Shown here piece by piece: positions 36,127-48,600 of a DNA stretch of 64,000 nt (position 1 is its first letter; every line of letters starts with the position of its first letter). This DNA comes from Chiloscyllium plagiosum (taxonomy: Eukaryota). The stretch is from positions 73,165,972 through 73,229,971 of the forward strand of contig NC_057711.1 in NCBI RefSeq assembly GCF_004010195.1. The letters are read 5' to 3'. The translations under genes and the position numbers were made by a program. Under the pieces are notes generated by a model. That model saw only the letters and a list, made by a program, of their open reading frames with translations. It did not search any database and was not told where the DNA came from.

Positions 36127-38405
36127 GTAAGGTGAATTCAGTCCAATAGAACTTTCTTATTATTAAGAAAGTGTTGTTGACATTGGAAAGGTCAGCTTAA
36201 TCTGTAAATACTAAATTACCTTGGGAAGAAAAATAATCAGCACATCTACTTAATAGCTGGATAAATTCAGAAACAAAAATTTGCATTTCTATTTCTTATA
36301 CTTCACTTGTAACTTTGACTTCTCCATTGAATTGCTTGAAATCTTTAACATTCTTTGTGTACCCATGTATGAACACTCACTCGGTCCCTTTTAATGTTGC
36401 CTCTTGCATACATTTCGCCTAGCTTGAGATCATGTAGTTGGATGTCTCTAAATCTAACTACACATGGTCCTTTTTTTGATAGGTGCTCAGATACATTGCA
36501 TTTATTCGGGATCCATAACATTGGAGAGGGTTGATAGTAATGGAGATTATTGCCCTTTTAAAAAGACGTGGGGACAGAAACTCAGTTTAGATTTTAGGAT
36601 ACGGAGATTGCAAATTTAGTGTGATGAGATATGTGTAATTTTTGTTTCAGAATTTGGAATTTAAACTCATGGCACGTGGCTGTTCATCTAATTTTGTGAA
36701 TTGGGTTTAATAATTAACTGGATCAGTCTTTCCGAAACCATGGTTTTAAAGCAGTATGTACCTCTCAATATTATTGGAATTTACTTTATTATCGGGTTTT
36801 ATAATGGGGAAAGAAAACATGCAAACCTTAAAGCAAGCTAATGTCTTTTAATAATCAAAGATTGATTTTTAGCGGAGAAAAACTCAGAATGGAAAGCTTT
36901 TAGGTATTTCAAAGGAGACCTCGTTGAAGTCAGATACAAGTATAGTTTCTGGCAGAAGAATTGACTTGTTCAGAGCAGTTAGGGAAATAAGTTACCTCTG
37001 TGAAATAACTTAGTTATCAAACTTCCAGATCAGGAGTATTTGGTTAGAAATCTGCATTGGTAATTTCAGAAACTGAGCAAGTCTAAGCTCTCATTTGAGA
37101 GTATGCTCGAGGGGAAGATCTCCCAAGCTTGAGAGGCTGGAACTGAAGAAACAGTTAAATCAAAATCTACAGATTTGATAGGGAAGGGATTTCTCTGCAT
37201 TTTGATTAACTATGAAGTTATGATTTTGGGGAGTCGATGGGATTATATTTGTTCATGTGTTTTCGAAACAACTTTAAATGGTTATATTTAGCTTATTTTG
37301 ATGATTTCATTTGTACAATAAATTTTGTTTGCAAAAACATGCAGCCATGTTCTAATTTTTGAATAAATGATTGCCTTTACAAATTTCCAAAAAAAAAATC
37401 TTATCAAATCACATTTAGTTCTGGGATCTGGCTTGTTCAATAATAATATCAACTAGATTTATAAAATTAGTCTTGGGTTTTAATTTTATTACATCTGTAT
37501 AATCTAAATGTATTCACAGATGACTCTTCACTTCCCTCCTAATGTATGTATCTCCACATATTTGCACTTGAGGATTATGCAGAATGCACTGTACAAAAAT
37601 GGGCCTTTTAACTTTTGAACCATCTCAACAGTAGAACTATTAAAACTCCACACCATCCTCCTCATTGCTGTTGTTTACCTCATCCTCTACATCTAATTCA
37701 ATGACTTTTTTCCCATTTTAAGTACTTAACTCTCTTCTCTTTAAATACATCTATACTATTCATGTCAATGATGCTTCCCCGCTTGTGGTAGAAAATTTTG
37801 CATTACCTTCATTTTTAGGTAAAGATTGTTCGATAAACTCTTTAGTGGATTTATTAGCAACTATCTTGCATTTATAAGCTTTGTTTTGAATTCTCAAGTG
37901 GAAGCAACATCACTATATCTACTCTTTCGTTTGTAACTTTAAATGTCTAAAATTTATTGGTGAGACAATTAATAGATTTTTCACAAGCTGTTCTAGTCTA
38001 GTTAGAACACTGGCATCTACCCGATAACGTGGAAAATTGTCCAGATGTATCTTGTACATGAAAAGCAGGACAAATCCAACCCCACCAATTACCTCCCCAT
38101 CAGTCTACACTCTACCATCAGTAAAAGTAATGAAAGCACTATCAACCTGCTTAGCAATAACCTCCGTGACATGCAGTTTGGGTTCTGCCAGGGCCTGACC
38201 CATTGCAGCCTTTAATCAAACATGGACAAAACAGCAGAGATCCAGAGGTGAGGTAAAAGTGCCAGCCCTACATTATGGCTGCATTTGACCAAGTGAGACA
38301 TCAAGGAACCCTAGCAAAACTGGAATCTGTGGTTATCAGGGGCAACCTCAGATGATTGGAGCCATACCTGACAAGTAGGAAGATAGCTGTGGTTGTTGGA
38401 GGTCA

Positions 38406-41400
38406 GTCATAGTCCTAGAGATGTACATCATGGAAACAGACCCTTTGGTCCAACTTGTCTGTATCGATCAGATATCCTAACTTAATTTAGTACCATTTGC
38501 CAGCAGTTTGATCATATCTCTCTCTCAACCCTTCCTATTCAGACTCCTCCAGATGCCTTTTAAATGCTGCAATTATACCAACCTCCTCCACTTCCTAAAG
38601 CAGCTCATTCCATACACATACCACCCTCTGCGTGAAAACGTTGCCCTTCGGTTCCCTTCAAAACCTTTCCCCTCGCCTTTAAACTTGTGGCTTCTAGTCC
38701 TGGACTCCCCCGNNNTTTACAAACCTCTATAAGGTCACCCCTCAGCCTTCGATGCTCCAGGGAAAACAGCCCCAGCCTATACAGCTTCTCCCTAAAGCGC
38801 AAATCCTGCAGACCTGGCAACATCCTTGTAAATCTTTTCTGAACCTCTTCAGGTTTCACAACCTCCTTCCGAAAAGGAGACCAGAATTGTATGCAGTATT
38901 CCAAAAGTGGCCTGACCAGTGTTCTTTACAGCCACAACATGGCCTCCCAACTCCTATACTTAATACTCTGACTAATAAAGGAAAGCATACCAAACGCCGC
39001 CTTCGCTATCCTATCTACCTGCGACTCCACTTTCAAGGAATTATGAACCTGCACTCCAAGGTCTCTTTATTCAGCAACACTCCCTAGGACCTCACTATTA
39101 AATGTATAAGTCCTGCTCTGATTTGCTTTTCCAAAATGCAGCACCTCCCATTTAGATAAATTAAACTCCATCTGCCACTCCTCGCCCATTGGCCCATCTG
39201 ATCAAGATCTCATTGGACTTTGAGGGAACCTTCTTTGCTGTCCACTACACCTTCAATTTTGGTGTCATCAACAAACTTACTAACTATACCTCCTATGTTT
39301 ACATCCAAATCATTTATATAAATGATAAAATGTAGTGGACCCAACACCAATCCTTGTGGCATGCCACTGGTCACCGGTCTCCAGTTTGAAAACCAACCCT
39401 ACACCACCACTCTCTGTCTTCTACCTTTGAGCCAATCCTGTATCCAAATGACTAGTTCTCCCTGTATTCCATGAGGTCTAATTTTGCTTCCCATTCTCCC
39501 ATGGGGAACCTTGCCAAACGCCTTAATGAAGTCCATATAGATCAAGTCTACTTTTCTGCATTCATCAATCCTCTGTGTTACTTTCTTAAAAAAAAACTCA
39601 ATCAAGTTTGTGAGACATGATTTCCCATGCACAAAGCTATGCTGACTAAAGCTGATCAGTCCTTGCCTTTCCAAATATATGTAAATCCTGTCCCTCAGGA
39701 TTCCCTCCAACAACGTGCCCACCACTGACACCAGGCTCACAGTTTTATAGTTCCCTGGCTTTTCCTTCCCACCTTTTTTCAATAGTGGCACCATGTTAGC
39801 CATTCTAGAGGCTTCTGGCACCTCATCTGTGACTGTTGATGACACAAATAATCTCAGCAGGGGGCCCAGCAATCATTTCCCTAGCTTCCCAGAGTTGTAG
39901 GGTACACCTGATCAAGTCATTGGGATTTATCCACTTTTATCATTTCAAGACATCCAGCACCACCCCCTCTAATATGGACATTTTTCAAGAAGTCACCATC
40001 TATTTCCCCATATTCTACATCTTCCATGTTCTTTTCAACAGTAAACACTGCAAAATACTTGTTTAGTATCTCCCCCATCTTCTGTGGGTCCACACACAGG
40101 CCGCCTTGCTGATCTATTCTCTCCCTAGTTACCTCTTGTCCTTAATATATTTATAAAATCCCTTTTGCTTCTCTTTAACCCTGTTTGCCAAAGCTATCTC
40201 ATCCCCCTTTTGCTCTCCTGATTTCCCTCCTCAGTACAGAAGACTCGATTATCCAAATGAGGTGGGCAGGCACTATTTCATTTGGATAACTGATTATTCA
40301 GTTAATTGATTTCCTCTGGAGCTCTGCTTTCTGTGAAGTCTGCACCCCGTTCAGGAGAATTGGCAGCAGCACACTGTGCACAAGTGCCCCCCCCCCCCCC
40401 CCCTGTTTACCTGCAAATATCTTCCCCAATCAGCTTTTGAAAGTTCTTGCCTAATACCATCAAAATTAAACTTCATCCAATTTAGAACTTCAACTGTTAC
40501 ATCTGGTCACTATTTTAAAACCAGTAGAATTATCATCGCTGGCTCCAAACTGCTCCCCTACTGACACCTCAGTCACCTGCCCTGCCTAATTTCCCAGGAG
40601 TAGATCAGGTTTTACACCTCTGGTAGGTACATCCACATACTGAATCAGAACATTTTCTTGTACACACTTAAATTCCTCTCCATCTAAACCCTTAATACTA
40701 TGGCAGTCCCAGTCTATGTTTGGAAAATTAAAATCCCCTACCATAACTATCCATCATTCTTACAGATAACTGAGATCTCCTTAAAAATCTATTTCTCCAT
40801 TTCCTGCTGACTATTGGGGGTGTCTATAATGCAATCCCAATAAGATGATCATCCCTTTTTTATTTCTCAGTTCCACCTAAATAACGTTCCTGGATATATA
40901 ATCCCAGGAATATCCTCCCGAAGTACAGCAGTAATGTTATCTCTTATCAAAAATGCCACTTCCCGCCTCCTCTCTTGCCCTGCCTTTCTATCCTTCCTAT
41001 AGCATATGTATCCTGGAACATTCAAGCTGCCAGTCCTGTCCATCCCTGAGTTATGTTTGTGTAATTGCTATGATATCCCAGTCCCATGTTCCTAACCATG
41101 CCCAGAGTTCACCTGCCGCCTTTGTTAGGCCTCTTGCATTGAAGTAAATGCAGTTTAATTGATCAGTACTCCCTTGTTCGCTGCATTGACCCTGTTTGAC
41201 CTGACTCTTTGGCTCGCTCCTTTTCCCACTTGTACCAGTGTCAGATTGATCTCTTTCCTCACTATCTCCCTGGGTCCCACCCTCTACTTTTTACTAGTTT
41301 AAATCCACTGAGCAGCTGTAGCAAATTTCCCTGCCAATATATTAGTCCCCTTCCAATTCAGGTGCAGTTTGTCCTTATGCATGTCACTTCTACCTCAGAG

Positions 41401-41485
41401 GAGATTCCAATAATCCAAAAATGTGAACCCTTCCCCATGCACCAGCTCCTCAGCCACACATTCATCTGCTCCATCCTCCTAGTCT
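38406..41485 (-). mobile_element. Long CR1/HER1 LINE nested in the element above
   Basis: ORFs 38605-38904 and 39399-39872 (KEKPGNY, HSFVHGKSCLTNLIEFF, YMDF.KAF.KVPH); continues into APE and ORF1 sequence. Confidence 0.92.
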
Positions 41486-42369
41486 TCAGCTGCAGAGTTG
41501 TCCTGGGGCAGAGTTCCTCAGGGTAGTATCCTAGACCCAACCATCTTCAGCTGCTTCATTAATGACCTTCCCTCCATCATAAAGTTAGAGTTGGGGTTCA
41601 CTGATGACTGTACAATGCTTAGTACCATTCACAATGACTCAGATACTGAAGCTGCCCATGTTCAAATGTAACAGGATCTGGACAATATCCAGGCTTGGGC
41701 TGACAAGTGGCAAATAACATTTTTGGCATTCTTGGCATTCAGTGTGTTACTATTATTGAATCCCCCACGGTCAAAATCCTGAGGGTTGTCATTGACAAGA
41801 ATCAATTGACATCAATTGGATTCACCACACAAATGCAGTGGCTACAGGAGCAGGTCAGAGGCTAGGAATACTGTAGCAAGTAACTCATCTCCTGCCTTCC
41901 CAAAGCCTGTCCACAATCTATACAGCACAAGTCCAGGAGTGTGATAGAATATTCCCCTCTTGCCTGGATGAGGGTAGCAAGAAGCTTGACACTATCTAGG
42001 ACAAAGTGGCCCACTTGATTGACAGTACATCCACAAGCATCAACTCCCTCCACCACTGTGCACAATCTACAAGATGCACTGCAGAAGTTCACTAAAGATC
42101 CTCAGACAGCACCTTCTAAACCAACTAACACTTCCAACTCGAAGGACAAAGGCAGCAGATAAATGGGAACACCACCACCCTCAAGGTCCCCTCCCAGACA
42201 CTTACCATCCTGATGTGGAAAGAACAGTGATATTTTTCCCTGTTGCTGGGTCAAAAACCTGGAATTCCCTCCCTAAGGGCATTGTGGTTCAACCCTCAAC
42301 AGGTGGACTGTAGCAGTTGAAGAAGACAGCTTGCCCTCACCTTTTCCAGGGCAACTCCGGACTGCTGAG

Positions 42370-42936
42370 ACTCTAGAAGGCTCTGGTCAGACCACATTTG
42401 GAGTATTGTGCGTAGTTTTGTGTCCCACATCTCAGGAAAGGTGTATTGGCCCTGGGGTATGTTCAGAGGAAATTTACAAGAATGGTCCCAGGAATGAGAA
42501 GCTTGACATGAGAAGAACGTTTGAGGACTTTGGATTTCTACTGCTTGGAGTTTAGGAGGATGAGGGGGGATCCAATTTAAACATACAGAATACTGAATGG
42601 ACTCGACAGAGTAGATGTTGGAAAGATGTTTCCATTTATAGGAGAGACTAGGACCTGAGGGCATAGCCTGGAGTAAAGGGAAGACCTTTTTTTTAGAACA
42701 GCAAAAAGGTGAAACTTCTTCAGCCAGAGAGTGGTGAATCTATGGAATTTGTTGTCACAGAAGGCTATGGAGGCCAGGTCATTGGGAATATTTAAGACTG
42801 AGACAAATAGGTTCTTGAGTATCAAGGATTATGGGGAGAAGGTGAGAGAATGGGATTGAGAACCTTGTCAGCCATGATTGAGTGACAGACCAGACTCGAT
42901 TGGCTGAATGGCCTAATTTCTGCTCAGATGTCTTAT
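42370..42936 (+). mobile_element. CR1 3' fragment (second subfamily)
   Basis: ctggtcagaccacatttggagtattgtg...ttcagccagagagtggtgaatctatggaatt. Confidence 0.8.
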
Positions 42937-44656
42937 GGGCAATAAATGCTGGCTGACCGTGATACTCAGGTCCCACACATGAATAAATTTTAAAAAAGCT
43001 ATATTTAAATGAAATTGTTTAGATTGAAACTTGGTTTTGCTTCATTTTAATAACTGCATTAATTTCTATTATTGACTTATTAAACTTCCTTGCTTAAAAT
43101 GCAAATGTGTGCATATAATGACACAAGGGGAAGAAAATTATAGCATTTTTTTTTTCTTAAATTCATTTTAAAGAAAAATCCATCACCTAATGCTTGAATT
43201 CAACCTATGTTCCTTGAATTAGATTTTTAAAAAATGGCTGTTACACTTACTTAGTTGGTAAACTTTGATCATGATCTGCTAAATAATTTAACTGGAATAT
43301 TTATAGCTGAAGTTACTCCCGAGAGAGAAGAAAATACATGATATTTTCTGGACTTTGGGGAAAGGCAGAGGAGTGGCACTGGATGATTTACTTTTATATA
43401 GTGCCCTCGAACACAATGAGCCAATTGATATCCTGTGGTGTAACTATTCTATGAATTCACTTTCATTATTGAAATTCTCAATTCCATTTTAGCACATGTA
43501 AAATATTTATGATTTAGTATTTGGGGGATAATCTGAAAATAAATGTTTGTAAAAAACACCAAAGATTTTCCATTGTGCTTTTATACACTGTTGATTAGCA
43601 CTTTATATTACTCACAATTGATAATTTTGGATGCAATCTTTTAATCATTCCCTTGTCCAGGAGGAGCAAATTTTATGCCAATTGTTCAGAATATAGCATG
43701 TTTCCTGACTACACTTAATTTTATAAGAAGAATGTATTGCATCTGACTTTATAAATTTGGATCATGGCAAAAGTGCTTGAACCAAAAATGAAAGCAAATA
43801 TTGGGTATTGGAGTAGATCTTGTGAACTAGCTGCCATTTCATAATCTCCTACAGTACCACTAACTAATCCTGATTGTGTCGTGGTGATGCTGAAGATGTT
43901 TGGGAGTTGCTCAGTTTGTTTAATGACATTTAGTTCTACTTCATCACTGCCACACATTCTTTCTCCAACACTCCAGTTCTGGATGAACTGAAGCTTTCTC
44001 TGATTGAAGACAAAACTGTTATGTTCAGCACCTGTTACAAACTCCATTCCCAGCCACAGATTTCACATCTGCCTGGCTACTGCCTCTCACTGAACCAATC
44101 GGTTTCTAACTGTTGTCCTATTTTGATCCCGCTTCGGATGTTTATTTCAAAGAATGAATACCTTTGTTTTAATATCATCCCTGTCCACACCTATATCAGC
44201 CAAAATCCTGAAAACCTCATCTATACTTCTGTGACTATTCAAAACTCTCCTGGTCAGCTTTCCCTTCCTACTGTTCATAAATGAGTTCATCCAAAGTTCT
44301 GATATGTGTTCTAACTCTCTTCAAATCCTCTTTACCCGTCACTTTCCTGATTCCTCTGTCCCCATCCCACCCCTTGTGATTTAACCAGGGAATTTGTGAG
44401 ACTCTGTTTTAAAGTACAGTGAAGTACAGTAAACCTCATGTTTAGGTTCTTTCCACTGTTGAGGCTCAGTTGTTTGAAATATAAAACTATGTTACACCAT
44501 GGCCTATCTTTTATCCTCTAAAATTTGTACTTGGAGTTGTTTATAAAAGTCAATGATCTGTTTAATTTGACAAGTAGATCTCAATGTTGGATAAAGAAAG
44601 TTGCCTAAAGTATACATTAAGCTTTAATTTCTATTTTCACTTCTACCTCTTTCTAG

Positions 44657-44813
44657 CTGTCGTTCAGTTGAAATGGAAGAATTGAAGTTCTGGAAATTTG
44701 AAGGAATTATGGTTTTGCTGGGGGTGATCTTTGCCATCATTGTTATGTTTAGACAACGAACCCTAGATAGACGTGCAGAACAAAAAGTGCAACGACAACT
44801 TGGGGTGATTTAA
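44657..44813 (+). CDS. JTB: JTB last coding exon (TM helix and cytoplasmic tail)
   Basis: Acceptor ctctttctAG. Reads CRSVEMEELKFWKFEGIMVLLGVIFAIIVMFRQRTLDRRAEQKVQRQLGVI*, matching JTB CRS..ME...FWKFEG...RQR.LDR.A..KV..Q. Confidence 0.95.
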
Positions 44814-45089
44814 TTATTTCATAACTTTATTGATGTATGTTTGAAATTTTTGGGAAAGAGAGAGAATACCTTGCTTTTTAAATTAACCTTTCCTATTGTG
44901 CTGATCCTCGGTGCTGTGTTTATTCCATAAGATTTGACCCATGTATGTTGCAGAAAAGCAATGATTCACATTTTTGTTTTATTTCAAATGTTGTCGCTTT
45001 CCAGATGGTTATAAATATTGAGATGTAATTAGATAACACAACCATTACTAGGGAGACGATGTACAATATTTATATGGTGAAATTAATGT

Positions 45090-45122
45090 AATAAATTTTT
45101 ATTTATGTAGAAAATTAATAAA
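45090..45122 (+). terminator. JTB polyadenylation signals
   Basis: AATAAA at 45090-45095 and 45117-45122, followed by GT-rich sequence. Confidence 0.65.
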
Positions 45123-45449
45123 ATGGTTTGAAATGATCTGTTTGTATTGTTGTCACATTTTTACAAGATTTATTTGAAGTAACATTTTTGTATAAAACTA
45201 ATGAAATTGCTCAGGCACTGGTACAGTTCTTGTACTACTGGTGACTTTTTTTGTACTTTGTACTGAACAACTTTGTATTCCCTCCACACTGTGCTCAACC
45301 CAACCGTGCCCCCCCCCCAAAAAAAAAGCAAGCACGTAATTTTCATGTTATACAATGCAATTTTGAATGCATGTTGCCTCTTCGGCATTGCTTGTGTGGA
45401 ATAAAGTTATTCAAGCTTTCAGTAGTTTTTGAGAAATTGCTGCATAGAT

Positions 45450-45640
45450 AATGGTCCAACAGGTTTATTTGAAATCACTCAAGCTTTCTGAGCACAGCTC
45501 CTTCGTCAGGTGAAGAGAGAGAGAGAGAGCAGAGCACACCAGTTTATAGGCAGAGATCAAAAGATCATACAAGAGCTGTGAGTGGAGTGTTAGATAATAA
45601 GTCTTTGCAGGTGACCAAGAGTGTTAGATGTTGTGTAGAG
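45450..45640 (-). mobile_element. Penelope family C 3' fragment with hammerhead core (45481-45512)
   Basis: Minus strand reads cac-CTGACGA-a-ggagc-tgt-gctca-GAAA-gctt. Shares gtccaacaggtttatttg with the 51.4-51.8 kb copies. Confidence 0.65.
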
Positions 45641-45644
45641 TGTC

Positions 45645-48600
45645 GGGGGGGAAATTCCAAATGACAGTGGCCCTGTAGGTCTGCCTTGCCGAGCTCTGCA
45701 CCAGAGCTCACCCTCCCTCTATTACCCATTGTAGTAGAAATTGTTAGTTTTTGACCCCCAGAATTGTTCCATGTTAGTTTAAAAATCATTAGAAAAATGA
45801 CTAAAGGGAAAGGACCACGAGGATCACAACCGGCAGTGCATTTCCCTGCAGCAACGGACATGCCCGCGGCCGCAGCGAACTCCCCAGGGGACTTACCTGT
45901 GGAGCAGAGCCTGGTCGCTGAGTTTGTGAAACTCCGAGAAGATCGATACAGCAATGGAGGAGAACTGGGCCATGCTGGAACTGATCTCTGTCATGCTGCA
46001 GAAGCATGGCCAGGAGATTCAGTGTCTCAGGCAGCGCATCATGGAGGTAAGGCAACGGATTGCAGCCTCTGAAACTGCAGTAGAATCTTCAGCAGGTCGG
46101 GTCCATGTCCTAGAATGGCAGGTACGGGCCTTGGAGGAGCAGATTGATGACCTCTAAAATCGAGGCCGTTGGAAGAACATTCGTTTGGTGGGAGCTTCCG
46201 GAACAGGAGGAAGAAGGCCAGCTCGTCAGCTTCTTGCAGCAATGGCTCCTGCAGTTTTTGAAGCTGGAGGTCAAGGCAGGCTGCGTGCCGGTCAAGCAGG
46301 CCCACCAGGTTGCAGTGCGCAGGCCCAGATTGAACCAACACCCCCACCTGGTCCTAATGCGACTCCAGCATGACAGAGATAAGCAAATGATGCTGGAAGC
46401 CTCTCGAGCACCGGGGTAGGATCCACAGGCTCTGATCTACAAAGGATCAAGAATTCTGATTTTCCAAGACTTTTCTGTGGGTGTGATTCACAAGAGCAAG
46501 GCGTTTGATGGGGTAAAAAGATGGTTGAGGGACTTGAATATCCAGTATTCTGCAAGATACCTGGCAATATTATGTTTCAGCCATGGAGTGTCCATGTTTA
46601 ATTTTGACTCACTGGAAAAGGCAAAGGACTTCCTGGATGCCTTAAAATAGACTGGCTGGCTCGAATAATATGGACAATAATGTTTACTTTGTTTTTCTTT
46701 ATAATTTGCCTGGTTTACCTGGTTGTCGGGGGGCATTTTTTTTAATATAAGTGGGGTCCGAATTGTTTTTTTTTCTCGCTTCTCTCTCCCTTCCCATTAT
46801 CCTTGTTCTTTTTTCTCATCATTTCCTGTTTGTGTTTCTCTCTTGGTATGGGATTAGGAGTAGGAGGGGTTATATATTTATTTTCTACCAGGAATCCCTA
46901 GGGTTACAGTATGGATGGGATGGGTTGAGTGCCCACTTTTACCTTTCTTATTAAAAGATATGTGTAATGTTTTCTTTCTTTGTGTTGTCTGGGGCGGGGT
47001 GCATAGCTTTAGCTAGGAGGAGCCATAGAGGGGTTAGTGGGTAGTATGAGTGCCCTGTGGGCAAGGGGGAAAGGCTCCTTTTAATTTATGTTATATGTTT
47101 GTCTGTTGTAGAAGTAGTTGTTAGAAGTTTTGTTTTGGTAGTTGTATTTTTAAATTTATAGGAACTGTTTACTCTTTTCACTTGGAGCGCTATAAATAGG
47201 TTTCTTCCTCCCGGGTAGGGTTTGTAGAAGTAGTTGTTAGAAGTTTTGATTTGGTAGTTTTGGTAGTTGTATTTTTAAATTTATAGGAACTGTTTACTCT
47301 TTTCACTTGGAGCGCTATAAATAGGTTTCTTCCTCCCGGGTAGGGTCATGGACTGCTATGGCTATCCATTCGTTTAAATGGTGCACCTGGAATGTTAAGG
47401 GGAGTCATTCACCGATAAAGGAAAAAAAGATATTTTCAAGCCTTATAAAAGAGAGGGTCAATATAGCCTTGCTGCAAAAAAACACATCTAACCAATAAGG
47501 AGCATTTGAAGTTATAGTAGTGAGGTTTCAGGCAGGTGTTCTTCTCATCCTTTAATTTGAAAAGTAGAGGAGTTGCTATACTCATCCAGAAGAATCTCCC
47601 ATTTCAACTGTTAGACCAAATTAAGGATGAATATGGGCAGTTTATGATTCTTAAAGCTTTAATACATGGAGAGGAGTATGGGATTTTGAATATATATTGC
47701 CTCCCGGCACAATGCCTCAAATTTTTAATGGATGCACTTTCCAGTTCGACGGGCCTTGGGGCGCATCATAGGGGGAGACTTTAATCGTCGTATTGACCCG
47801 AAGTGGACAGGATGCCTTGGGGTCTTGCAGTATGTCCCCGCAATCTAGGCAGCTGGTGGACCTGAACAGGGAGCTGGGCCTGGTGGATATGTGGAGATGT
47901 CTTCAACCTGGAGGTAGGGAGTTCACCTTTTTCTCTGACCCACAAAAGTGCTATACTAGGATTGACATGTTTTTTGTCCCATTGACCTTTTTGAATTCCG
48001 TGCTGTCTAGCAGAATCAGGAATATAGTCATTTCCGATCATGCGGGCAGTGTACATGGAGGTCAAAGACAAGCTTGTGGCACTGGCACATCCATCCTTTC
48101 CTCCTGAAGGATACTAAGTTTATAGAGTATATTTCGCAGGAATTTAAAATCTTTTGGGACATTAATTTGGGTACGGCCAATAATCTGGGAGACTGCCAAG
48201 GCCTGTACACAGGGTTTGCTTCTTTCTGACTCAGTGACCTGGAAGTGGCAGAGGGGAGAGCAGCAGCGTTTGCTCGAGGCTCGTCTGAAGGAAGCTGAGT
48301 TAGGATACTATGACAGACTGTCTGTTACCAAATTGCAGTGGATTACAACCCTCAGGCCTACTTTGCTGTCTGGGTGAGCGCTGTATTCAAAGAGGGAAAT
48401 CTCTTTTGTGAAAGAGGTTATGGTGATAAACTGGGTAGGTATCTATCGTACCTGGCCAGAATGACGAAGGCCCCCCCAATCTATCACATCCATTAGAGAG
48501 ACTGCTGGTACTCTTACTTGTGATGCGAAAACGATTAATGCAGCATTTAGGAAGTTCTACTCTGAGCTGTACTGGTTGGAGGGCTGTGAAGAAAGATTGG

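Larger units (their letters stand above)
37985..42990 (+). mobile_element. Older CR1-like LINE split by two nested insertions
   Basis: RT motifs in order across the insertions: WKI..., NY.PISL, VVVGGQS (to ~38408), then VPQGSILDPTIFSCFINDL (from ~41510); 3' end gggcaataaatgctggc at ~42937. Confidence 0.75.

Noticed and set aside
36620..37465. Possible second solo LTR (also an LTR-like start at ~63815)
   Set aside because: General appearance only; I could not establish termini or a TSD.
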